DNA of 38,677 nt from Candidatus Staskawiczbacteria bacterium RIFCSPLOWO2_01_FULL_33_13 (GCA_001820215.1 MHOW01000011.1:13579-52255); one strand, 5' to 3'. Counted from the first letter of the stretch, positions 25,301 to 32,479 are shown. Numbers and translations: made by a program. The notes: generated by a model from the sequence alone, not told the origin.

Positions 25301-28300
25301 ACCACAGAAAGCTACACTTATGATACTTATGGCAACACCACTCAAAAAATTGAATATGGCGAAGTTTTGGGAAATGATGATGGCGCATTTTTAGATATTG
25401 GAAGTGATAAATTTATAACTAATTATTCTTATGCTTCCAATGGGGAATATATTGTTGGTTTTCCTTCACAGGTAACAGTAAAAAATCAAAGTGGAGAAAA
25501 AGTAAAAGAAAGTAAATTTTACTATGACCTAGAGGCCATTGGTAGTGTAACAAAAGGAAATCTTACAAAACAAGAAGATTGGAAAAATGGCGTCGTCTAT
25601 ATTAACAACCAAAAAACCTACAACAACTATGGTTTGGTGACCGCGTCAATTGACCCAAGTGGAAATGCAACGCAATATGGTTACAATTCTTATAATCTTT
25701 ATCTAGCAATATTAACCAATGCTTTAAATCAGATTACACAATATATTTATGATTACTCTTCGGGACAAGTAACACAAAAGACAGATATTAACGAAAGAGT
25801 ATTTCAACACACCTACGATGGCGTGGGTAGGTTAATAGAAGAAAAACAGCCAGATTTGGCCGTGCCATCAATCTTAGTTACTAAGGCCACATACGCTTAT
25901 ACAGATACTCCAAATGCAGTAAGTGTTAAAAAATCAATTTACCTGGATGCATCAAATTCTGTTGACAGCTATATCTATTTTGATGGGCTTGCTAGAAAAA
26001 TTCAAGAACGCCAAGAGGCTGAAGGAATAAATTTTACAGTAAAAGATTATGTGTATAATAATGTTGGACAACTTGCAAAAGAATCTTTACCTTATTTTTC
26101 AACTGGTTTAAATAAAACTTCACCAACGAATGATTCTACACTTTACATAAATTATAGTTACGATGCTATGGGTCGCATGGTTACTTTAACCAATGCAGTT
26201 GGCAATACTTCAAATACTTACAACAATTGGAAATTTACCACAACGGATGCAAATGGAAAATCTAAAGATTTATACAAAGATGCGTATGGTAATGTACTAC
26301 AAGTTGATGAGCATAATGCTGGCAACACTTATAGTACTTTTTATAGCTATAATTATTTGGGAAATGTAATAAAAATTACTGATGCGTTAAATAATGTGCG
26401 CACCTTTACTTACAATGGGCTTGGCCAAAGATTAATTGCACAAGACCTTCATGCGCCAACAGATACCTCGTTTGGTATTTGGAATTATACTTATGACGAT
26501 TCGGGAAATATAATCCAAGTTGTAAATCCTAATAATCAAATAATTAATTACACCCATGATGATTTACATAGGCAGTTAACCGAGGATTATTTGGGACAGG
26601 AAGGAATAGAAGTAACCAATTCTTACGATAATGGCATTGATGGCAAGGGTCGGCTTACAGGCGTTGTATCTTCAAGTGTAATTCAGAATAATACTTACAA
26701 CGCTTTGGGATTTTTAAAAACTGAATCAAAAATTATAGATTCTGTAACCTACCCAACAACCTATGATTATGACAGGCAGGGGAGTCAAACTATGATTACA
26801 AATCCCGATAATTCACAAGTAAAAAATATTTACAATAGCGCAGGATTGCTTGATAAAACTCAAAGAAAGGAAAGTTCTGATGCAAACTTTATTGATGTAG
26901 TTTCAAATTTTGACTATTCGCCAATAGGACAAATTACCATCCAACAAAACGCAAACGGAACTGTCACAACAAACATCTACGACGCCACCAAACTTTATAG
27001 ATTAATTAATAAAAAAACTACAACTTCGGCTACTCCACCAGCACCACCTTCGCCTCCCGGACCGGTTTCATATTCATCATCTGATATTAATAGTTTTGTA
27101 GATATTAAAATTTCACAAAATCGTCTTAGCGATTTAATAACAAATATTAAAAATGGTGTTTTGGGTTTTGCTTCTAATTTTACCTCCGCTGTAAAATCAT
27201 TCTTTACTGTTCCTGTTGCTATGGCTGTCAGTCCTCCCATCATCTCCACATTCATAAGAGACCCTACCAGCATATTATACGACCAATCATCCAGATTATC
27301 ATGGACTCTTTCTGGCGGAGCTCCCACCAGTTTATCAATTGATAAATCTGTAGGCTCGGTGCTTGGCACTTCAGCCGTAAGAGTTTATCACATTCTTGAT
27401 ACTACTACTTACACTTTAACCGCTAAAAACTCTGCAGGTACTGTCACTAAAAAAGTCACCGTTACCGTTAATCACAAGCCTCCTATTATTTCAACTTTCA
27501 AGGCAGACACCACCACCATAAATTATGGAGACTCTGTCAGATTATCCTGGACACTTTCAGGCGAAGCTCCAACCAGTTTGTCAATTGATAACGGTGTAGG
27601 TTCGGTTTTAGGTATCTCGGCAATACGAGTCTACAATGTCACAAAAACCACAACCTACATTTTAACAGCCAAAAATTCGTACGGCACCGTCACCAAATCC
27701 GTGAAAGTCACTGTTAATCCCCAGGCTCCAGTGATTAATACATTTAGCGCAAGTCCGATTGCAATTACTTCGGGGCAAAGCGTGACATTGGCCTGGACAC
27801 TTTCTGGCGGGGTCCCCACCACACTTTCAATCAACAACAGTGTCGGCTCGGTTTTAGGAATGTCATCAAAATCCGTTTCACCAACGATAACCACCACCTA
27901 TATTATGACAGCAAAAAATATTTCGGGGACTTCATACAACGCTGTGTTGGTCACCGTCAATCCTGCCGCGCCAATTATTTCTACATTTGTAGCAAGTCCC
28001 ACTACTATTAATGCTGGTCAAGCTGCTATTTTATCATGGACGCTTTCTGGCGGAGCTCCCACCAGCTTGTCAATTAATAATTCGGTAGGGTCAGTGCTTG
28101 GTATTTCGTCCTTAAGGATTTATAATATTCTTAATACAACCACTTACACTCTTACTGCAAGCAACACTACTGGTTTTGTAACTAAGTCGGTCACCGTTAT
28201 TGTAACTTTGCCCCAAGCCGAAGCTCCAACCATCAGCCCAAATGGAGGAACATTTACTAGCGCCCAAACCATCACCCTTGAATCGGCCACCACCGGCGCC

Positions 28301-30034
28301 GATATTTATTATGCGACAGATGATTCAACTCCAACGGCCGCTTCAACAAAATATACTACTCCATTTACGCTTGAGCAAACTGCCACCGTAAAAGCTATTG
28401 CCCAAAAATCTGGTTACACCGATTCAACAATTTCATCGGCAATTTTTACTATTAATATTCCACCAACTTCAATCTGGTCTGGCCAAATTATTCAAGATGT
28501 AAGTTATACCTACGACGCCGTTGGTAATATTACAAAAATTGTAGATAATTCAAATACCAACACCAAAAAAGTTTCAACCTACACCTACGACGATTTGTAT
28601 CGAGTTACCAACGCCACTGTTATCGGCAGTGATGATTCAACTAAAAACTATCAGGAAAGTTATGTGTACGATGCCATCGGAAACATTGTAACCAAAACAG
28701 AAACTATTGGCGCTGGCACCCCAACAACCTCCGTTTATTCATACTCAAATGTTGACTACGCCAATCCGCATGCGGTTACCAGTATTGGTGCTACTGCTTT
28801 TTCGTATGACAACAATGGAAATATGTTGAGTTCAACTGGTGGATTTACCAATGTTTGGGATTACAGTAATCGCTTAACTTCTGCAATCAAGGGAACAATT
28901 ACAAATACTTACGGGTATGACGCCGGAGGTCAGAGGATAAAAGTTGCAAGTCCGACAGTTACCACAATCTACCCCACTAAGTTTTATAACACTGACGGAA
29001 CGAATATCGTAAAACACATTTTTGCCGGCTCTCAAGACTTATCCACCGTGCAAGACACCGGAGCAAGTGCTAAAATATATACAAATCACAGTGATTTATT
29101 GAATTCATCGAGTGTGATGACCGATTCCGCCGGCGTCCCCGCTGAAGTGATGGACTATATGCCATTTGGCGCGATCAGGATAGATGAAAAAGTAGGTTCG
29201 TTTAACGAGCAAAGAAAATACATCGGACAAGAATTTGATGCCGAAACAGGATTAAATTATTTAAACGCGAGGTATTACAACAGCGCACTTGGTAGATTTA
29301 TTTCCCAAGACCCGATGTTTTGGAATTTATCAAATGAATTACTCACTGATCCGCAGCAACAAAATTCATATTCATACGCCAGAAATAATCCGATAGTGGG
29401 AAGTGACCCCACTGGGCTACTGGTTGAATTAATGTCCAGACAGGTTTTTGATGCTAAAGGTCGCGATGTCGGAATACACACATTCTTTAAAGTAACGCCA
29501 GATTATCCAAATGATATTCGTATAGATGGGCTCGCAAGCGGAACAAAAGAGTTTACATTCGGCGCATATCCGAGCAGCTCTGATGGGTGGACTAACAAAT
29601 TATCAAAACAAATTGGCACTACAGAGAATAGCCAAGATAAACAATGGGCATTTGAGGGCGGTAAAATAATAAATCAAACCATTGTAAGCCTACCAGAAGG
29701 GGTTAAAAACGATACTGACTTTATTAATAATATGGGAAAAGCATATAATAATATGGATTTATCGGAAATGAATTATTTTTGGCATGGAAATGTTTCTGGA
29801 TTATATGATGGCAATTCCAATAATTTTACCTATACATTAGGTGTAAAAAGTGGGGCAAAGAGTCAAATGGATTCCTTTGATCCGGGCCCAGGTATAGCTA
29901 AAATAGTCGGTGAATATGGTTATGGCAAGACTTTACCCACCACAAGTATATATCACACAGCGAGGGACATGGCATATTATATGGGGAATAAAATTGGTCA
30001 ATTCGTTTCTTCATTAAAAGCCAAAAAGAAATAA
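22325..30034 (+). CDS. Giant secreted SpvB / FG-GAP / RHS-YD repeat polymorphic toxin (TcB-TcC-fusion-like), 2569 aa
   Basis: Signal peptide (VVLFLVFVFFITPLAPVFA) and an S/T/P linker. SpvB-like YSYPITVPLGRNGMQPDLKLHYNS (aa ~149-172). FG-GAP/VCBS-like DINGDGLxD repeats (aa ~439-795). Many YD repeats (YTYDTYGNTTQ, YIYDYSSGQVTQKTD, HTYDGVGRLIEE). RHS core YIGQEFDAETGLNYLNARYYNSALGRFISQDP. NPIVGSDPTGL motif (DPTGL is aa 2361-2365, nt 29405-29419). Confidence 0.95.
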   Translation: MGMAYKSFKKTIKALQKTVVLFLVFVFFITPLAPVFAEVLDSTPAFETTEASTEILVSSDIFPTVDPVPSDTSSDVAVFSDASSPSPVDSTIPGDKTDPTSTSYNKNSTSSSMGASTTSSSSSSEVSDSFSTIKQSIPEPDPATGALIYSYPITVPLGRNGMQPDLKLHYNSQSAAQDGIFGYGFEANIPKIERINKHGVNKLYDYKDFRSSLSGELVNISSEDYVAKIENGSFLKYKLIDGVWIITDKKGTLYKFGRFDSSKIYDFSNTDKIYAWYLDEVVDTNGNSIKYFYTKNVADNFLYPDKIVYTGSGAEAGIFSVEFKKEFRPDSYTKNSTGFTQKINERIKSIETYVFGTLSRKYDLIYKIGDNGKRSMLEKIIESGTDGFGVTTTLPSFNFAYTKGDVGLVNTPSINYPMVVEDGASVPFSFADNAVKIIDINGDGLKDIVKSSIIIKDGVDRPVFWVLKNNGSGWVVDNSYLQPMYSFVNSLGNTVNEYFTFSNSIDVGDWNGDGKDDLIKFWVEINGAKDKQHAVVLLNTGTAWVQNTNITTDIPYTQAGSPIYVYSGSYGSQNHFIDLNGDGLIDYINASNYQQNGINYPSFAVLYNDGEDLKWDATMPQPYAKPNLASASEPLALSNSTKILDINGDGLVDFIFANNYQINGIDNPSFWVLINNGHGWDQDLTITQAQYISLDVNDNAKTNYFTSTQGWRVVDINEDSLPDFIMFGTIDTGANTYKKRKTVLVNTGKGWIQDDSLITIGDYTYVDSNGTQTNYPNSGAGDIVLLDINGDGLFDITRPGSYYQSGVFRASNWTLLNNGKIANTLAKIELPQGGSYDFSYKMTSAYKDASGNLLNNNLPSAHNTIKKIIQNDSNGAASTKDYEYSGGRFFYENSFNKRFAGFEKITKINPVGEKFITYYHQGNTTNSTQGEFDDQESKIGMIYRSELYDNSNNIYSKNIQKWDSADLGGGVKFVKLAQTVNFIHDGEATHRDTTESYTYDTYGNTTQKIEYGEVLGNDDGAFLDIGSDKFITNYSYASNGEYIVGFPSQVTVKNQSGEKVKESKFYYDLEAIGSVTKGNLTKQEDWKNGVVYINNQKTYNNYGLVTASIDPSGNATQYGYNSYNLYLAILTNALNQITQYIYDYSSGQVTQKTDINERVFQHTYDGVGRLIEEKQPDLAVPSILVTKATYAYTDTPNAVSVKKSIYLDASNSVDSYIYFDGLARKIQERQEAEGINFTVKDYVYNNVGQLAKESLPYFSTGLNKTSPTNDSTLYINYSYDAMGRMVTLTNAVGNTSNTYNNWKFTTTDANGKSKDLYKDAYGNVLQVDEHNAGNTYSTFYSYNYLGNVIKITDALNNVRTFTYNGLGQRLIAQDLHAPTDTSFGIWNYTYDDSGNIIQVVNPNNQIINYTHDDLHRQLTEDYLGQEGIEVTNSYDNGIDGKGRLTGVVSSSVIQNNTYNALGFLKTESKIIDSVTYPTTYDYDRQGSQTMITNPDNSQVKNIYNSAGLLDKTQRKESSDANFIDVVSNFDYSPIGQITIQQNANGTVTTNIYDATKLYRLINKKTTTSATPPAPPSPPGPVSYSSSDINSFVDIKISQNRLSDLITNIKNGVLGFASNFTSAVKSFFTVPVAMAVSPPIISTFIRDPTSILYDQSSRLSWTLSGGAPTSLSIDKSVGSVLGTSAVRVYHILDTTTYTLTAKNSAGTVTKKVTVTVNHKPPIISTFKADTTTINYGDSVRLSWTLSGEAPTSLSIDNGVGSVLGISAIRVYNVTKTTTYILTAKNSYGTVTKSVKVTVNPQAPVINTFSASPIAITSGQSVTLAWTLSGGVPTTLSINNSVGSVLGMSSKSVSPTITTTYIMTAKNISGTSYNAVLVTVNPAAPIISTFVASPTTINAGQAAILSWTLSGGAPTSLSINNSVGSVLGISSLRIYNILNTTTYTLTASNTTGFVTKSVTVIVTLPQAEAPTISPNGGTFTSAQTITLESATTGADIYYATDDSTPTAASTKYTTPFTLEQTATVKAIAQKSGYTDSTISSAIFTINIPPTSIWSGQIIQDVSYTYDAVGNITKIVDNSNTNTKKVSTYTYDDLYRVTNATVIGSDDSTKNYQESYVYDAIGNIVTKTETIGAGTPTTSVYSYSNVDYANPHAVTSIGATAFSYDNNGNMLSSTGGFTNVWDYSNRLTSAIKGTITNTYGYDAGGQRIKVASPTVTTIYPTKFYNTDGTNIVKHIFAGSQDLSTVQDTGASAKIYTNHSDLLNSSSVMTDSAGVPAEVMDYMPFGAIRIDEKVGSFNEQRKYIGQEFDAETGLNYLNARYYNSALGRFISQDPMFWNLSNELLTDPQQQNSYSYARNNPIVGSDPTGLLVELMSRQVFDAKGRDVGIHTFFKVTPDYPNDIRIDGLASGTKEFTFGAYPSSSDGWTNKLSKQIGTTENSQDKQWAFEGGKIINQTIVSLPEGVKNDTDFINNMGKAYNNMDLSEMNYFWHGNVSGLYDGNSNNFTYTLGVKSGAKSQMDSFDPGPGIAKIVGEYGYGKTLPTTSIYHTARDMAYYMGNKIGQFVSSLKAKKK
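27233..28213 (+). repeat. Four tandem ~82-aa (246-nt) Ig-like repeats inside the RHS ORF
   Basis: Units start at nt 27233, 27479, 27725 and 27968. Consensus: (P/A)PIISTF.A.PTTI..G....LSWTLSGGAPTSLSI(D/N)N.VGSVLG.S....Y....TTTY.LTAKN..GTVTK.V.VTVN. Confidence 0.85.
29420..30031 (+). other. C-terminal variable toxin domain of the RHS protein (204 aa), family unassigned
   Basis: It begins right after DPTGL. It contains GIHTFF (His at nt 29477-29479), KEFTFGAYP (from nt 29546) and GNSNNFTYTL (Ser at nt 29816-29818). It has no Cys. Confidence 0.6.
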
Positions 30035-30039
30035 AAGTT

Positions 30040-30333
30040 ATGAAAAACATATTTATCAGTATATTGAAGCAAATAGGGAAATTATTTATCGGGATATTTT
30101 TAGGAATTACCATAGAGCTTTTTACTGGGATTGGTTTATCTTATTTAGTGGAGAAATTCTATACAGTCCATTTTGACCCAGGTCCTTTTGTAGTAGAATA
30201 CCCATTATTAATAATATTATTACTAGGAATATATCTTGTGTTCTGGAAAAAACAATATGCACTAACTATGGGTATGTTTCTTGGTGCCATTATTTTTATT
30301 TTTTCATTGGGAATTGTCCTTACTGGGACTTAA
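30040..30333 (+). CDS. 97-aa three-TM protein; candidate cognate immunity protein
   Basis: It starts 5 nt after the RHS stop, in the canonical position of RHS immunity genes. Confidence 0.5.
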   Translation: MKNIFISILKQIGKLFIGIFLGITIELFTGIGLSYLVEKFYTVHFDPGPFVVEYPLLIILLLGIYLVFWKKQYALTMGMFLGAIIFIFSLGIVLTGT

Positions 30334-30357
30334 ATTTGGTTTTCAGACGAGTAAATT

Positions 30358-30642
30358 ATGAAAAAATCATTTATTATTGGCATCGGATTAATTTCAGGTT
30401 TTATTTTTGAGCTTTTGAATCTTTCGGAATTTTATAGTATTTTTTTCCCGAAAAACTATGTAAACGCCAACGCTTCGCTTTTTCTTTTCATAGGTCCATT
30501 GTTGTTTATAATATCAAGTATTATTTTTACGATATTTATAAAAAAATACAATTGGATGTGGCTAATGGTCGGTTTTTTCGGCGGTTTCTCATTATGTTTT
30601 ATGGGTTTTATGATGTTATTAACTCTTGGTGGAGAAGTTTAG
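30358..30642 (+). CDS. 94-aa three-TM protein, paralog-like to 30040-30333; second immunity candidate
   Basis: Same topology and shared pattern LL.I....I...F.KK.........F.G......G...L..G. Confidence 0.45.
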   Translation: MKKSFIIGIGLISGFIFELLNLSEFYSIFFPKNYVNANASLFLFIGPLLFIISSIIFTIFIKKYNWMWLMVGFFGGFSLCFMGFMMLLTLGGEV

Positions 30643-30670
30643 ATTAGGACAAATATTACCAATAATAGAA

Positions 30671-30838
30671 ATGATAAAGAAAATAATAATTAAAGATGCA
30701 TATAGGACCATTTCGTTAGATTTTTCTCTAGAATTAGAGAAAATGACAATTATCACTGGAAAAAATAATTCTGGGAAGACAAATTTTATTACGAGTAATG
30801 GGGACAGCCACCATTTTATAAAAAATATGATATACTAA
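30671..30838 (+). pseudogene. N-terminal stub of an AAA_15/OLD-type ATPase, truncated just after Walker A
   Basis: MIKKIIIKDAYRTISLDFSLELEKMTIITGKNNSGKTNFI resembles the typical N-terminus of OLD/Abi-type ATPases. The reading frame then runs into REP copy A (30796-30815) and terminates. Confidence 0.55.
30796..30815 (+). repeat. REP-like hairpin copy A
   Basis: TAATGGGGACAGCCACCATT folds as AATGG-GG-ACAG-CC-A-CCATT. Confidence 0.7.
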
Positions 30839-30842
30839 ATAC

Positions 30843-30917
30843 ATGCCAAGAATATCAAGAAGAGTCGGCGTTGGCCAAGAAGTGTATCATATCTTAAACA
30901 GTGAGAATAGAGAATAG
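30843..30917 (+). pseudogene. Duplicated, diverged 5' stub of the RAYT gene
   Basis: MPRISRRVGVGQEVYHILNSENRE* compares with the intact MPRTARVDIGQEVYHILNRANAR. Both lie 42-48 nt downstream of a REP copy. Confidence 0.6.
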
Positions 30918-30939
30918 GGGAGAATAGGGACGGAGAATA

Positions 30940-30955
30940 GGGACAGCCACCATTT
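30940..30955 (+). repeat. REP-like copy B (partial), preceded by an (AGAATAGGG)n micro-tandem at 30903-30940
   Basis: GGGACAGCCACCATTT. Confidence 0.65.
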
Positions 30956-30987
30956 ATTGTTCTAGGTGATTGTGATATGATATCTGT

Positions 30988-31665
30988 ATGCCAAGAACAG
31001 CCAGAGTTGATATTGGACAAGAAGTTTACCATATTTTAAACAGGGCTAATGCCCGTGTGCAGATTTTTGATAATACAAAAGACTACTTAGATTTCGAAAA
31101 AATATTACAGGAGGCAGTGGAGCGCTTTGCAATGAGACTTTTAACTTATTGTGTTATGCCTAACCACTGGCATTTGGTAGTCTATCCAAAACAAGATAAA
31201 GATTTGGCTAAATTTATGGGATGGCTTACCAATACCCATACCCGTCGTTGGCACGCAGCTAAAAAAACCACTGGTCAGGGACATTTATACCAAGGAAGAT
31301 ACAAATCATTTTTGTGTCAGCAGGACGATCATTTTATTACATTAATGCAGTATGTAGAACGCAATCCTAAGAAAGCTGGGCTTTGTAATTTTGCGCAAGA
31401 TTGGAAGTGGGGCAGTATTTGGCGACGTGAGAATGGAAACAAAGAACAGCAGAAAATACTTTCAGAATGGCCAGTTGATATACCGAAGGGTTATTTAGAA
31501 TTAGTGAATCGTGCATCTGATAAAAAAATTGCTGAAATGGAAAAAATAATTGATGTAACTATCGAAAAAGGGAATCCATTTGGAGATAGTGAATGGGTAA
31601 AAAAAATTGTTAAAAAATTCGGACTTGAGCAGACGTTACGAACTGTAGGGAGGCCAAAGAAGTGA
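30988..31665 (+). CDS. rayT: REP-associated tyrosine transposase (RAYT; IS200/IS605-like Y1 HUH enzyme)
   Basis: HUH motif PNHWHLVV. Catalytic-Tyr helix MQYVERNPKKAG. N-terminal YHILNRAN typical of the family. Confidence 0.88.
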   Translation: MPRTARVDIGQEVYHILNRANARVQIFDNTKDYLDFEKILQEAVERFAMRLLTYCVMPNHWHLVVYPKQDKDLAKFMGWLTNTHTRRWHAAKKTTGQGHLYQGRYKSFLCQQDDHFITLMQYVERNPKKAGLCNFAQDWKWGSIWRRENGNKEQQKILSEWPVDIPKGYLELVNRASDKKIAEMEKIIDVTIEKGNPFGDSEWVKKIVKKFGLEQTLRTVGRPKK

Positions 31666-31667
31666 GT

Positions 31668-31687
31668 AATGGTGGCTGTCCCCATTA
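31668..31687 (-). repeat. REP-like hairpin copy C (inverted)
   Basis: AATGGTGGCTGTCCCCATTA. It starts 3 nt after the RAYT stop. Confidence 0.7.
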
Positions 31688-31764
31688 CCCCAAAAAAGGG
31701 GTAAAATACACTTCACTCTTGACAGGTATTGATTGTTTTTTGGGAATGTGCTACTATTAATATA

Positions 31765-31914
31765 ATGGAGAAAATGAAAGAAAATATACTGTTTTTTACG
31801 CATAAAAATTCAAGAAATGGAATTTTAATGTCCTATGTGTTTGTTAGTGTCCCTGATAAGTTTAGAGAGAAGAGCTTCTCTAGTGTTAAGAATTTTTTCA
31901 ACAATTTAATTTGA
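31765..31914 (+). CDS. Doubtful 49-aa ORF
   Basis: An ATG-started part of the track ORF (MEKMKENILFFTHKNSRNG...). A terminator follows at 31921-31945. Confidence 0.25.
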   Translation: MEKMKENILFFTHKNSRNGILMSYVFVSVPDKFREKSFSSVKNFFNNLI

Positions 31915-31920
31915 AATTTG

Positions 31921-31945
31921 CACCCTTTGATGGGTGTATTTTTTT
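31921..31945 (+). terminator. Intrinsic terminator
   Basis: CACCC-TTTGAT-GGGTG followed by TATTTTTTT. Confidence 0.6.
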
Positions 31946-31955
31946 ACGAAAATAT

Positions 31956-32036
31956 ATGTATTTTGGAGAGCATGTAACGATCGACGGCTATAATGGAGAT
32001 TTTGGAAAATTAAATGACAAAGAGCTTGTAGGGTAA
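31956..32036 (+). pseudogene. 26-aa N-terminal stub of an AdoMet-decarboxylase-like gene, cut at REP copy D
   Basis: MYFGEHVTIDGYNGDFGKLNDKELVG* parallels YGAELLVDLHDCDLVGLVNKEKL of the intact gene at 32480. Confidence 0.45.
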
Positions 32037-32044
32037 ATGGGGTA

Positions 32045-32063
32045 AATGGGGTCAGCCACCATT
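32045..32063 (+). repeat. REP-like copy D (one mismatch), preceded by a GGGTAAATG x2 micro-tandem
   Basis: AATGGGGTCAGCCACCATT, compared with copy A AATGGGGACAGCCACCATT. Confidence 0.65.
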
Positions 32064-32113
32064 TAGGATGAGCAAAGAACGAATGAGCGGGGGACAGTCC
32101 TTGCTAAGGGTTA

Positions 32114-32140
32114 TTGTCACTTTTTTATTTGTGGTATAAT
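32114..32140 (+). promoter_or_regulatory. Possible extended -10 promoter
   Basis: TTGTCA (32114-32119), 15-nt spacer ending in TGG, TATAAT (32135-32140). Confidence 0.35.
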
Positions 32141-32203
32141 GAAAGAGTGGATTGGGGGTTGCATATTTTAATATTGTGTGGTAGACTATAATCAATCAAC
32201 AAT

Positions 32204-32353
32204 ATGAATTCAAACATTTTAAGGAATGCCATCTTAATTACTGGCAGTTTAACGCATCGAATGACGATGTGCTATTCTTTTGTTGACTCTCCGGATTCAT
32301 TAAAGGAAAGATTTAATTGTGAATTTAATAATATTTTTAAAAAAATTAGTTAA
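32204..32353 (+). CDS. Possible 49-aa ORF (below the track cutoff)
   Basis: MNSNILRNAILITGSLTHRMTMCYSFVDSPDSLKERFNCEFNNIFKKIS. It is bracketed by the candidate promoter and a terminator. Confidence 0.3.
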   Translation: MNSNILRNAILITGSLTHRMTMCYSFVDSPDSLKERFNCEFNNIFKKIS

Positions 32354-32356
32354 AAT

Positions 32357-32380
32357 CGCCCCTTGTGGGCGTGTTTTTTT
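32357..32380 (+). terminator. Intrinsic terminator
   Basis: CGCCC-CTTGT-GGGCG followed by TGTTTTTTT. Confidence 0.65.
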
Positions 32381-32479
32381 ATAAAATAATCTTAAAAATA
32401 CAATTTTGCCCCGCCAAATATCGAATCGATTTTTAAAAATAGTGTGTCGAAATAAATATAAATAAAAATTATAAAAAGT

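Larger units (their letters stand above)
30796..31687 (+). mobile_element. RAYT/REP unit: Y1 HUH transposase gene bracketed by perfect inverted 20-nt REP-like hairpins
   Basis: TAATGGGGACAGCCACCATT at 30796-30815 has its exact reverse complement at 31668-31687. Confidence 0.7.

Noticed and set aside
22336-29481. Eight short track ORFs inside the RHS gene, seven antisense and one sense-strand out of frame (22336-22611, 22461-22724, 23569-23757, 24711-24917, 24902-25084, 26995-27369, 27655-27897, 29275-29481)
   Set aside because: They are shadow ORFs within a 7.7-kb gene that has continuous, strong domain evidence in its own frame.
31719-31766. TTGACA at 31719-31724 as a promoter for the 31765 ORF
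   Set aside because: The nearest TATAAT-like hexamers lie 27-36 nt away, far from the ~17-nt optimum.
30796-32064. Repeated GGGACAGCCACCATT motif as a CRISPR array
   Set aside because: There are only four copies, in mixed orientation, with irregular spacing (about 125-700 nt). They flank a Y1 transposase, so they are REP-like rather than CRISPR repeats. No cas genes are present.
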